A DNA stretch of 63,767 nucleotides, filler included. It is 6 parts of 6 records of this genome, joined end to end, with 100 filler letters (N's around TTAATTAATTAA, not from the genome) between each part and the next. Parts side by side here need not be neighbours in the genome. Positions count along the whole stretch, not along the records: positions 1 to 22,266 come from SRR31156797_14502; positions 22,367 to 28,288 come from SRR31156797_14525; 4 more parts are not named here. One strand, 5' to 3'. A program made the translations under genes and the position numbers. The notes beneath the pieces are model-generated. The model saw only the letters and a list, made by a program, of their open reading frames with translations, was not told the DNA's origin and searched no databases. Below, piece after piece: positions 19,000-28,388 of the stretch (positions within the stretch are counted from its first letter, which is position 1; every line of letters starts with the position of its first letter).

Positions 19000-19350
19000 T
19001 TATCTATTGTTTGGTGAAATCCTGAACGCCGATCCCTTTCCGGGATAATGGGATTCCGCATTGATGCCTTTCACCCTTGTAAAACCCGCTTCAGTCAGTT
19101 TGAGTACGGCTTCTTTCATATCTTCCGAAGGAAGAAGCAACAAAACGCATGCCGTCCCATCGATTTCGCCGATCTGCCGGTGAGCGGGAGACATACCCCC
19201 TTCGGCCAAAACGCCCAAGGCCTTTTCAAGGTTGTTGCCGCGCGTTTCCACCTCCACAATAACCTGAGCCTTGGAAGGGTGAGCCGCCAGGTTTTCTGAA
19301 AGATCATCAAAAGACTCACACACTTTCTCGGATTTCTTCCAGGTGGTCAT
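19000..19350 (-). CDS. Small hypothetical protein, possibly ACT-like; first gene of the operon
   Basis: 116-aa ORF between the sigma54 promoter and gabT; beta-alpha-beta-beta-alpha pattern ending LKLTEAGF. Confidence 0.65.
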   Translation of the reverse strand: MTTWKKSEKVCESFDDLSENLAAHPSKAQVIVEVETRGNNLEKALGVLAEGGMSPAHRQIGEIDGTACVLLLLPSEDMKEAVLKLTEAGFTRVKGINAESHYPGKGSAFRISPNNR

Positions 19351-19418
19351 GAATCAGATCCCAACTCAAAGATTCCTTTCCGGGGTCATCAAAAACAACA
19401 TGTTTCAGTGGAACCTAC

Positions 19419-19434
19419 AGCAAGTTTTGTACCG
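19419..19434 (-). promoter_or_regulatory. Sigma54 -24/-12 promoter of the gabT-ABC-pxp operon
   Basis: Minus strand CGGTAC-AAAAC-TTGCT (GG-N10-GC), next to a sigma54 activator gene. Confidence 0.75.
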
Positions 19435-19779
19435 TTATGGGGAAAAAGTGGCTTGAGAGCAGCAGTCTTTTACTCGGAAGGCTGAAATGGAACCTGTAAA
19501 TATGGATTTGAAGGGAATCGGGTCGATTCCATAAGGGATTTATTTTTCCATATTTGCACGCAACAAGCAAGGAGCCGGCAATACGCACTGAATCATGATT
19601 TTTGTTGAGAGATTCATCGTACGCGTTGGGTTATCCCCGAATCCGTAAACAAATAAAGGAATCCCAAAACGGTTGAAGCGTTACGGAAATGTAAAACCCC
19701 ACCTACCAAAAAACAGAATTGTAGATTTTATGGGAAAAATCCGAAAACGTTAACTGGAAGCATAGTTCGGGCGTTGCAT

Positions 19780-21543
19780 TTATGCATCATTATGCATTAT
19801 TGACTCGAAATTGATGCCGTATCGACTCACTTTTCTAGACAATGTGGACTGGTTAACACCCAAAAGCCGGGCCGCCTTTCTTTGGCTGCCACATTTATGC
19901 ATTGCCTTGGAGATCATTTGTTTCTCCAATCCTTTAACGGCTTTTAATAGGTTCCAATCCTTGATTTCGGACACTTCTGAAAAACTTTTACCACTACCGC
20001 GCACATGGACCGGTAAGTCTTCATAACTGATGCGATTTCCCTGTGTCAGAACCACCAACTGTTCAATCAGGTTTGACAATTCCCGGATGTTACCGGGAAA
20101 TGCATAGCTGCTGATGCAGTCCATGGCGGAACGGGAAAAAAACTTGTTCATGGCGTATTTTTCATTTAGACGGCTGAGGAAATGGTAAATAAAGACAGGC
20201 ACATCCTCACGCCTCTTTTTCAGGGGCGGAATGTATATGGGCACCACATTCAGACGAAAGAAAAGATCATTCCGAAAGGCACCATCAGATACCATTTTTT
20301 CAAGATCCCTGTTGGTTGCAGCGATAACCCTGGTGTCGATGGACTTTGCGCGGGCGCCTCCGATTTTTACGATTTCATTGTCTTCCAAAAACCTCAATAA
20401 TTTTACCTGAACGCTCAGTGGAAGATCTCCGATTTCGTCCAGGAAAAGCGTGCCGCCCTCGGCCAGTTCAAATTGACCGTTTTTGCCATCTCGAAGCGCA
20501 CCTGTAAAAGCGCCTTTTTCGTATCCGAACAGCTCCGACTCGATCAATGATTCGGGGATGGCACCGCAGTCCACACGAATGAAAGGCCCATCACGCCGCG
20601 GAGAGGCATTGTGGATAAAACCGGCCACAAATCCCTTCCCAACACCCGATTCTCCTTGAATCAAGACCGTTGAATCCACCTGGGCGACTCTTAGGGCCCT
20701 GTCAAACAAACGCGCCATTTCATCGCTCCGAAAAACCGTGCCGGCCAAAAGCTTCTCCTGTTCGGTTTTGAGAGATAATTCGGAACGATAGCTTAGGGCA
20801 AGGGCCCGGCTTTCTTCCAATTCATTGCGCAATCGGTTCAAGTTGGTAATATCCCGTTCATTTACAACGACCAAATATATTTCCCCAGTGTTATCGCGTA
20901 CCGGGTTTCCGGTGACAAGGATCTGACGCCCGTTTTTGAGATTTTGTATCATGGTAACACCCGTACGTTTCCTGAGAACTTCCAGGGTCACGGAACGATC
21001 CACTACGCCTTCCTGAATGAGCGTTTCCATGGATTTGCCGATGACATTTTCGGCCTGTATATTATTGATTTTTTCGGAAGCATCGTTCACATTCACCACT
21101 TTGCCATTCCTGTCACAGATCCAGAGACCATCAAAGGAGGAGTTAATAATGGCATGGAGTTCCTTGTTGACCCGCTTGTACGATCCCAACTGCCCTGCGA
21201 TTTTTTCATAATCCGATATATCCTGGAAAACGCTCATGGCGCCAACCACTTCCTGATTGCGAAAAACGGGTGTTCGATTGGCAATAATCGTAAATCGGTC
21301 AATGGTTATCTTTTTTCCAATCTGGGACTCGCCCGTCAGAAGAATCCGTTCCAGGTCATCCCATGCTTCGGGGGACACCTGTTGAATGGACTTTCCCAGT
21401 ACTTTTTCGGGGTCCCGGGAAAGCACATCGGCTGCAGCCCGGTTGTAAACCACGACAATGCCTTGCCTGTCAATGATCACCACGCCATTGTGAACCGCAT
21501 CCAGTATCTCTCGAAAATGTTCAAGTGAATCAAAAAAATGCAT
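19780..21543 (-). CDS. PAS-PAS sigma54-dependent enhancer-binding activator
   Basis: Two PAS-like domains, GESGVGKG, ESELFGYEKGAFTGA, LFLDEIGD, FPGNIREL, C-terminal HTH. Confidence 0.96.
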   Translation of the reverse strand: MHFFDSLEHFREILDAVHNGVVIIDRQGIVVVYNRAAADVLSRDPEKVLGKSIQQVSPEAWDDLERILLTGESQIGKKITIDRFTIIANRTPVFRNQEVVGAMSVFQDISDYEKIAGQLGSYKRVNKELHAIINSSFDGLWICDRNGKVVNVNDASEKINNIQAENVIGKSMETLIQEGVVDRSVTLEVLRKRTGVTMIQNLKNGRQILVTGNPVRDNTGEIYLVVVNERDITNLNRLRNELEESRALALSYRSELSLKTEQEKLLAGTVFRSDEMARLFDRALRVAQVDSTVLIQGESGVGKGFVAGFIHNASPRRDGPFIRVDCGAIPESLIESELFGYEKGAFTGALRDGKNGQFELAEGGTLFLDEIGDLPLSVQVKLLRFLEDNEIVKIGGARAKSIDTRVIAATNRDLEKMVSDGAFRNDLFFRLNVVPIYIPPLKKRREDVPVFIYHFLSRLNEKYAMNKFFSRSAMDCISSYAFPGNIRELSNLIEQLVVLTQGNRISYEDLPVHVRGSGKSFSEVSEIKDWNLLKAVKGLEKQMISKAMHKCGSQRKAARLLGVNQSTLSRKVSRYGINFESIMHNDA

Positions 21544-21751
21544 TTTGGAAACCTTCCCCTGACTGAAAATTGATTTTTTAAAAGAGTAATCGTCCTTTTG
21601 AGATTCATCAAGAAAATTCCGTTAGGGGTCAGAGCGTGACACGACGGTATGAGAGGTTCATGAGCAAACCGTACTGGTCACCAAAAGGCAATGTCGGGTA
21701 TCAGAGGGGATCGAACAGACGTTACTGATCCAGCCTGTTTTCTCTCTGTTT

Positions 21752-21920
21752 TGTTTCATCAGGGTATCTCCTGGGTCAATGGGATGGTGCTGGGCCGAAG
21801 GGGCATTTACGATATCTCAGCTGAGAGACCCTGGATAAACATCTGGTGGAGACTGGTCAGCCAGATGAAATCCGAAGGCGGCATTTCCCGAGCCAGTCTC
21901 GATAACACAGACAGACGGCT
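21752..21920 (+). ncRNA. Divergent tandem glycine-riboswitch-like structured RNA
   Basis: Two CCGAAGG motifs, ATCTCAG..GAC, linker GGATAAACATCTGG..GGAGA, closing GACAGA and several complementary stems; aptamer 1 lacks the canonical GGAGA. Confidence 0.45.
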
Positions 21921-22266
21921 GTTCGTATGAGCTAAAAAGAGGAGGCGAAACCCCTTGAAATTGCAGTGCCAGTGTTCTTCGTACCGTGTTATCCCGCTTC
22001 AAGAAAGGGGGAGTCGGGAGACAGAAACCGGATGGAAAGCGCGGGAATGACGTGTTCCACCTGGGCCGGATGAATCCGGAACCGGTTGGTCAGGAGTTGG
22101 TGCTCCATGCACCGGAGCCTATCCCCGTTTATCTGATGGATCGACATTCCACGGAGTACCGGTCTGTTTTATGAGGTCAACGACGCTATTCGACAGCTGA
22201 TCGAGTTCCGTGTAGACCGGTATGAATCGTTGCTTTTTGACGGGCCTTTTCTCTGGTTGTGCCGAC

Positions 22267-22366
22267 NNNNNNNNNNNNNNNNNNNNNNNNNNNNNNNNNN
22301 NNNNNNNNNNTTAATTAATTAANNNNNNNNNNNNNNNNNNNNNNNNNNNNNNNNNNNNNNNNNNNN
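22267..22366. other. Artificial contig linker
   Basis: N-run/TTAATTAATTAA/N-run, 100 nt. Confidence 0.99.
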
Positions 22367-22409
22367 CAAGGTATGGATTTTCTTTTTCGTATTTTTTTGC
22401 CGTTAACAT
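22367..22409 (-). CDS. 5' stub of the next T6SS-module gene (MLTAKKYEKEIHTL...; DUF3540/TagC-like by position only)
   Basis: AGGAGA RBS and ATG, cut by the contig end. Confidence 0.45.
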
Positions 22410-22454
22410 AATCTCTCCTAAAGAATGCTTAAAGCCAAAGACAACGCAGGACGG

Positions 22455-23510
22455 TTAAATATCCGGGGTCCATTCTTCGGCTTCCGCCAGATCCGGGTCG
22501 GTTCTTCGAACGCGGATGGTTACAGCCCTGTCCCACACGGTATGGTCTTCTGTTATTTTATGAAGTTTGGCCATTTTCAAATCAGCGCCCGTAAAATCCG
22601 CTGCAGTAAGATCCGCATGGGACAAATCCGCCTGTTCAAGAGCTGCGCCAGGGAATCTTGTTCCACGGCAGGCTGCTTTTGCAAGGTTGCATTTTTTCAT
22701 GGAAGACTTGGAAAAATCGGCGCCGGTAAGATTGCTTTCTCCAAAGTGAGCCATGGTAAAATCGGCTTTGTCAAGTAACGCCTTGATTAACACAGCCTTG
22801 GTAAACATGGCTTGCTTACCCTTGCAGCCCGATAAAACAGCTTCGGACAAATCCGCATCCATGAAATTGCTCATTGTAATGTCCGCGTCCGTAAAATCCG
22901 CCTGTTTAAGATTGGCGCCCCCGGCCTGGACCATGCTGAATACAGCGCCCTTAAAATCCTGACCGGCCAGGTTACAGTTTCGCAAAAAGGTTTTAAATAT
23001 TGTTGCGCCCTTGAGGTTCGCGCCTTCAAGGTCGGCGTTTTTAAATACGGACCGGCTCATATTTGCATTGGAAAGATCCGATCCGGTGAGTTTAGCGCTT
23101 AGAAAAACGGACCGGGTCAAATCGGCGCCAACCAGTTTTGCTCCCGTCAAATCGGTTTTTTCCAATACGGCCCGGCTCAGGGAAGCGCCGGAAAGGTCTG
23201 CTTCGGACAGATTTGCCCCGGAAAGCAGGGCCTGGTTGAGGTTTGCCTTTTTTAAAGAAGCGCCGGCAAGTTTCATGCCCTGCCAGGAGACCTTGGTCAG
23301 ATTGACTGAATCCAGGATCGCACCCGAAAGGTCGCAGTTTTTAAAACCGGTTTTATCCAATACGGCGCCTGATAAGTCCGCCTTGAAAAGTGTTGTGTTT
23401 TCAAATCGCCCGCCGGATAGATCGGCGCCGGAAAGATCGTCGCCGGTCAGGTCGACATCCCTGATGGTTTCATCATTTTTTATAGCGGCAAGTATTTCTT
23501 CCCTGTTCAT
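22455..23510 (-). CDS. Pentapeptide-repeat protein (T6SS TagB-like)
   Basis: Continuous A(D/N)LxG pentapeptide repeats; C-terminal RRTDPDLAEAEEW; coupled to the DUF2169 gene. Confidence 0.92.
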   Translation of the reverse strand: MNREEILAAIKNDETIRDVDLTGDDLSGADLSGGRFENTTLFKADLSGAVLDKTGFKNCDLSGAILDSVNLTKVSWQGMKLAGASLKKANLNQALLSGANLSEADLSGASLSRAVLEKTDLTGAKLVGADLTRSVFLSAKLTGSDLSNANMSRSVFKNADLEGANLKGATIFKTFLRNCNLAGQDFKGAVFSMVQAGGANLKQADFTDADITMSNFMDADLSEAVLSGCKGKQAMFTKAVLIKALLDKADFTMAHFGESNLTGADFSKSSMKKCNLAKAACRGTRFPGAALEQADLSHADLTAADFTGADLKMAKLHKITEDHTVWDRAVTIRVRRTDPDLAEAEEWTPDI

Positions 23511-26500
23511 TTCAGAAGGTCTCCGGCTTCTTCGAGTTGCGTTCTTTTCATATTAGCCATGTGCAGTTTGGTTTCACCCAGTACGGCCTTGAAGAAATCA
23601 ACTCCGAACAGATTGGAATAGCTTAAATCGGTTCCGGTCAGCCTGGACTTTCTCAGCGAGCCGCCAAACAGGTTGATGCCTCTCATGTCAGCCCCGCTGA
23701 GATCGGATTTTGTGAACCTGGTATTAACGGCGAATACCTTGTGTAAATCCGCCTCGCGCAGATTACAGCCCTGCAATACGGCTTTATGAAAGCGGCTGCT
23801 TCGGAAGTCGGCGCCGGAAAGATCTGAATCCATAAAGCTGGCCTTGGTAAAGGAAGCGCCGTTGAACACCGCTCCGGACAGGGATGCGTTTTTCATTATC
23901 CGACAGTTTTCCATTTCGGCATTTGAAAAATTCACATTTTTACCGGCCACGCCGCTGAAAACGGTTGACCGGGACGTGCTGTTTGAAAAATCCGCGTTAT
24001 CCAGATTGACTTCGAAAAATGCTGCTTTGGTCAGATCCGCATTTTTGAAGTCGGCGCCCGAGGCGTCATTCTTTCGAAAAAAGGACCTGCGCGCCCGAAT
24101 GTCGGTCAATACGGCGCCGGTAAAAGACGCTTTTTCCAAAACCGCGAACTCAAGCACGGCGCCGGTAAGGTCGGCTCCGGTCAGGTCGGCTTCCACCAGC
24201 ATGGCCCGGCGCATGTTGGCCTGTTTAAGATCGGATTTGGCAAGGACGGCTTTATGAAATACTCCCTTTTCCAGGCAGGCGCCGGAAAGTATTGCTTCCG
24301 AGAAATCAGCCTGGGTGCATAGTGCGCCGGTAAAATCGGCGCCCGTAAGGTCAGCGCCCGCAAACACTGTTTTCATGCAATTTGCTTTTGAAAAATCAAC
24401 ACCCTGAAGATCCATTTTAGACAAGTCCATACCGGACAGATTCATGCCGGACAGACTCTCCCCTTTTCCTGCCAGGGCGGCGACATGCACGCTTTCAAGC
24501 TTTTTCCCGGTTTCAGGGTCAAGGCCCAATTTCTTCATCTTGGCCTTGGCACTTGGCGGGATCGGGTTTTCAGCCCTGGTTTTGGCTGCTGCCATTTTTG
24601 CATCAGCCTCCTGCTGCCGGCTCGATCCATAGGCTGACATTTTACCGGCCAGTTCTTCGGCATCCTTGATTTTTTTGTCCAGGTCGGGAGTAAGCTGATT
24701 CATTTCCGACAGGCGTTTACGTTCACCGGACAGAGCGGACAAAAGCGCTGACGGGTCAAGGGGATCGGCGTCCTCTGTATGCTTGGCAGGATTCATGATG
24801 TCTTCGGGATCAAGTCCCAAGTCCTTGACTGCATCTTTGGCCTGGGCCATGGCGGCCTTCTGCTCGGCCGCGGCCTCACCTTTTGCACTTGCGGCCAGGG
24901 TCCGGGCGTCTTTTTTAAAACCGTCCATCATCCCCTTGATATCCAGTTTCGGAAAAACCATGGCGCCGGGCTTAATATCTTCAGGGGATGCTTTTTCTTC
25001 TTCCGGCGGCAGGTCCACATCAGGCAGATTTTTAAAGGCCTCTCGGATCCAGCCGGCAAGATCATGACCTGCCTTGAAGGCCTGGACAGGCGTATCGCCT
25101 TCGGGCAGGTTCAGCCTGAATGCATTGTGAAAAACATCTCCCCACTTTTTCCATTCAGAGCTGTCCGGATCGACGTCTCCGGCAGGCCAGGCCATTGGAA
25201 GATAAGGTCGTTCATCCAATACTGCTTTGAGGTCATCGGACATCTTTTGATCCGGCGTTCTCAAGACCACAACCGAACAGAACGTCCCGGCCTCCTGCCT
25301 GACCAGCAGTCCGTCCACTTCGCCCATGCATATGACCAGGAGAGCAGCATCGAGCGAACCCAGGATCATTGGCGTATCAACTGAGCCTTTAATTACAGTA
25401 TCTTTTGAAGGGTCGAGTAGATTGTCCGGCCGGCAAATGATTTTTACCAGGCGGGCCTGGTCGAAAATTGGGATAATATAACCGGGCGACAATTCAAGCA
25501 TGTCCTGTTCGGGAACGCCCTGCCCCGCTTCTGCCGCGCCCCAGGCAACGGCCTTTTCCTGCTGCAATTCCGGATTATAACCGACAAGGAATTTCTTAAC
25601 GGTTTTGCGATTCAGACCGAAGCCGCCTATTGTTTCCATTTGCTGAGAATCTTCTAGAAGATGGTGTAAAGAACGGCTGACAAAGTGCATGCCGCGTTCA
25701 TGCCACCTGGTGTCCGGCAGTCCTAAAACCGGCCAGTCCGGATCAATTATGACCCCGTCTTCAGCCAGGGCTTCGCCTTCCCCTTTAAGAACCGCCGCCA
25801 TATAACCCTTGTTTTCTTCAGCCTCAGCCAGGTCGCTTTCGACGGATGATTGAATTTGGGGCAGCCTGGCTTCAATTTCCGCGATTTTCCGCCTTGTTTT
25901 TTCAATAGCGGATGTATCGATTTTTACCATGTGGCCGTATTTGGCTTTCATGGCCGCGGCCCGAGCTTCGGTTTTTTTCAGGTTTTCCCTGGCCTGATCA
26001 AGTTTTCGCTTTAAAGAAATGATTTTTTGCGCCGGCGGCGCTGAAGGCGGGGGCGGCGCCTGGCCGAAAGCCCGGGCTTTGGCTTCTTCTATTTTTAGGG
26101 GTATTTCCTTTATTCTCTCAAGAGAGATCGCTATTTTTTTCTTTGCTTCTTCAATTGGAGTTTTATCTACATCTACTTTGCGCTGGATTCTTTTTTTCTG
26201 TTCCTCAAAGTAGTGTTCAATGGGCAGAGGCTGGTCGTCCATGTTTTCTGAAACCGGGAAAACGCGAACGATGTCTGAATATTCATCATCAACGGTTTCG
26301 GCGACGCCCCGGAATATCACCACGCCCTTAAGGTCGCCGGGAAACAACCAGACCGTATCGAGGCGGGTTTTAATTTCCCGGAATTCTTCATTGCCCTTTT
26401 CTCTTTTCGAGGACGAACCGGATGTAATGAAGAGCCGCTGGCGAACGGCGGGCAGCCTGGAGCTTATCAGTTGTTCGCGCGGGTGCATGTTCATAATTTC

Positions 26501-27226
26501 CAGATCTTCATCGCCCTTGAAATATTCCGGAATCCATTGATCTTCGGGCGCGGCGTTGAAGAACCTCAGGTTTATATCATCAGGGAAAAAAGGCCATTTC
26601 TCCTTGAGCCACTTTTCGTCATAAGTACCGGTTTTTTTTGCCCGTTGCGGCCAGGTTAATTCATAAGGGGCAAAGCCGGCGGGATGAGGCCGGTCATCGA
26701 TCCCGCCGATAATATGGTCGGGATCCTCTATATTCGGCATGGGAATTACTTCGTCGCCGTCCCGGTTTATCACTGCCGTTATTCCCTTGCCCAGGGGATT
26801 TTCCGGGAGCTGGGCGCCGCCGAAGGCATGTTCGTAATCCACTGGAATAGAGACAAACGGCTCGGGATCGGTTACTGTATGTATGGCCCCTGCTTTCTTC
26901 CAGAATCTATTGCCGAATACATCCAGCTTTTTTCGAAGACCGCCCACTCTGAAGGAAATTTGGGCGGCCGGCCTGGGCTTGCCCTCCGGCGCGCAGCAGG
27001 CCCCAGCGACAAGCACTTCGCCGGTTTCCTTGGCCATGCCCTGGTCCAGGACCTTGCCTTTGCCCAGTTGAGTCTTGACGCACTTCCACATTTCCTTTTC
27101 TGAAACGAGTAGTTCGGGATTGAGCAGGTCGAAACAGACCAGGACGGATATAGACAAGTAGTATCGATCCTTGAGGCCGAATGCGTTCAGTAGAATGGAC
27201 TGGTCGCTTTCCTTAATTACTTTCAT
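23507..27226 (-). CDS. DUF2169 T6SS adaptor fused to pentapeptide repeats (TagAB-like), with a large central insert
   Basis: LDQGMAK..GEVLVAG, VFGNRFW, YEHAFGG..ENPLGKG, GTYDEKW, FFNAAPEDQ, LDTVWLFP; C-terminal pentapeptide repeats; follows vgrG. Confidence 0.92.
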   Translation of the reverse strand: MKVIKESDQSILLNAFGLKDRYYLSISVLVCFDLLNPELLVSEKEMWKCVKTQLGKGKVLDQGMAKETGEVLVAGACCAPEGKPRPAAQISFRVGGLRKKLDVFGNRFWKKAGAIHTVTDPEPFVSIPVDYEHAFGGAQLPENPLGKGITAVINRDGDEVIPMPNIEDPDHIIGGIDDRPHPAGFAPYELTWPQRAKKTGTYDEKWLKEKWPFFPDDINLRFFNAAPEDQWIPEYFKGDEDLEIMNMHPREQLISSRLPAVRQRLFITSGSSSKREKGNEEFREIKTRLDTVWLFPGDLKGVVIFRGVAETVDDEYSDIVRVFPVSENMDDQPLPIEHYFEEQKKRIQRKVDVDKTPIEEAKKKIAISLERIKEIPLKIEEAKARAFGQAPPPPSAPPAQKIISLKRKLDQARENLKKTEARAAAMKAKYGHMVKIDTSAIEKTRRKIAEIEARLPQIQSSVESDLAEAEENKGYMAAVLKGEGEALAEDGVIIDPDWPVLGLPDTRWHERGMHFVSRSLHHLLEDSQQMETIGGFGLNRKTVKKFLVGYNPELQQEKAVAWGAAEAGQGVPEQDMLELSPGYIIPIFDQARLVKIICRPDNLLDPSKDTVIKGSVDTPMILGSLDAALLVICMGEVDGLLVRQEAGTFCSVVVLRTPDQKMSDDLKAVLDERPYLPMAWPAGDVDPDSSEWKKWGDVFHNAFRLNLPEGDTPVQAFKAGHDLAGWIREAFKNLPDVDLPPEEEKASPEDIKPGAMVFPKLDIKGMMDGFKKDARTLAASAKGEAAAEQKAAMAQAKDAVKDLGLDPEDIMNPAKHTEDADPLDPSALLSALSGERKRLSEMNQLTPDLDKKIKDAEELAGKMSAYGSSRQQEADAKMAAAKTRAENPIPPSAKAKMKKLGLDPETGKKLESVHVAALAGKGESLSGMNLSGMDLSKMDLQGVDFSKANCMKTVFAGADLTGADFTGALCTQADFSEAILSGACLEKGVFHKAVLAKSDLKQANMRRAMLVEADLTGADLTGAVLEFAVLEKASFTGAVLTDIRARRSFFRKNDASGADFKNADLTKAAFFEVNLDNADFSNSTSRSTVFSGVAGKNVNFSNAEMENCRIMKNASLSGAVFNGASFTKASFMDSDLSGADFRSSRFHKAVLQGCNLREADLHKVFAVNTRFTKSDLSGADMRGINLFGGSLRKSRLTGTDLSYSNLFGVDFFKAVLGETKLHMANMKRTQLEEAGDLLK

Positions 27227-27237
27227 GACAATCCCGG

Positions 27238-28288
27238 TCAGATTTCAATTATGTCTTCGGCCATAACAATAAAGGATTCGCTCATGTAAACCTGGCTTTC
27301 ACCGATGACCGTAATTGTTTCAGCCAGCGAGGTTACTGATTCGGCCAGAAAAGTGTATTCTTCAGTCAGTTGTGTTACCTGCTCCGTCATCTGGGTTAAT
27401 TGTTCGCCTAAAAATGTTTTCTCCTCACTAAAATCAACATCTTCTTCATGCATCTTGGTAACCAGGCGGCCGACCATAATGGCCTGGGTGGCAAGTAACG
27501 TTTTGTTTTCAGTAATACTTGTCAATTCATCGCTGACCTTGGTTACTTCATCTGAAACCTTGGTTACTTCATCGGCCATTTCCATTTTGGTCTGGAGAAT
27601 TTTAGTATCCAATTCGGATATAGTAGTTTTCTTTTGCATGATATGAAGCTTCTGGAGAAGCATTTTCACATGCTTGGGTTTCAACTCCCGGTGAAACGTA
27701 AAGTCAATGCCCAGGTTGATGCCGGCGGTGATATCCGTCTTGGCGCCAAGCACGGTTTTGTGCTCCCAGCCTCCGATGTGCTTGTGATCGAAGCCTAGAA
27801 CGGTTTTTGATTCGCCTTTTTCTATATGCCAATTGGAATATGTACCGATCGTGGCGTCCCATACGCCTTCGGTGCTGAGTTTGAAGCCGTTGTCTTCGCC
27901 GCCGCCTTCGCCCTTTTCACCTTTTTCGCCTTTTTCTCCCTTGTCGCCCTTGTCTCCCTTGGGTCCTCTAGGTCCGGGAGGGCCGGCCGGTCCGGTTGCG
28001 CCTGCCGGCCCGGGGGGGCCTGGAGGTCCCGGCGGCCCCGGAGGGCCTGGAGGGCCTGGAGATCCGGCGGTTGGAGGATCATTGGGCGCGCCCATTCGCA
28101 GCCATGTGCCGCTGCTGGGCGACTGCATGAGTATTCGTTCGCTTCCGGCTTCATCTTCCATATGGATTTTGTTCTGACCAGCGGTAGTGATAACGCTCTT
28201 GGTCTGATTGTTGGAAGTAACCTGGCTGGGATAATCCGGATTGGGCACGGCCCCGGCAATGATTGGCCGGTCGGGGTCGCCGTCTATA
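27238..28288 (-). CDS. vgrG: VgrG spike protein, C-terminal part (5' truncated), with collagen-like insert
   Basis: The frame at the contig edge reads [17 protein letters not shown] (gp5 OB-fold motif), then [18 protein letters not shown]. Confidence 0.88.
27904..28065 (-). repeat. Collagen-like (Gly-X-Y)18 coding repeat
   Basis: GSP(GPP)5[18 protein letters not shown](GDK)2(GEK)3GEG. Confidence 0.95.
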
Positions 28289-28388
28289 NNNNNNNNNNNN
28301 NNNNNNNNNNNNNNNNNNNNNNNNNNNNNNNNTTAATTAATTAANNNNNNNNNNNNNNNNNNNNNNNNNNNNNNNNNNNNNNNNNNNN
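28289..28388. other. Artificial contig linker
   Basis: N-run/TTAATTAATTAA/N-run. Confidence 0.99.

Noticed and set aside
22119-22266. Minus-strand frame ending ...KQRFIPVYTELDQL...DKRG*
   Set aside because: Could be a truncated gene end, but too short to support; the plus-strand frames are also uninterpretable
22455-24460. Pentapeptide repeats as Qnr/MfpA quinolone resistance
   Set aside because: Context (DUF2169 fusion, vgrG) indicates T6SS accessory proteins
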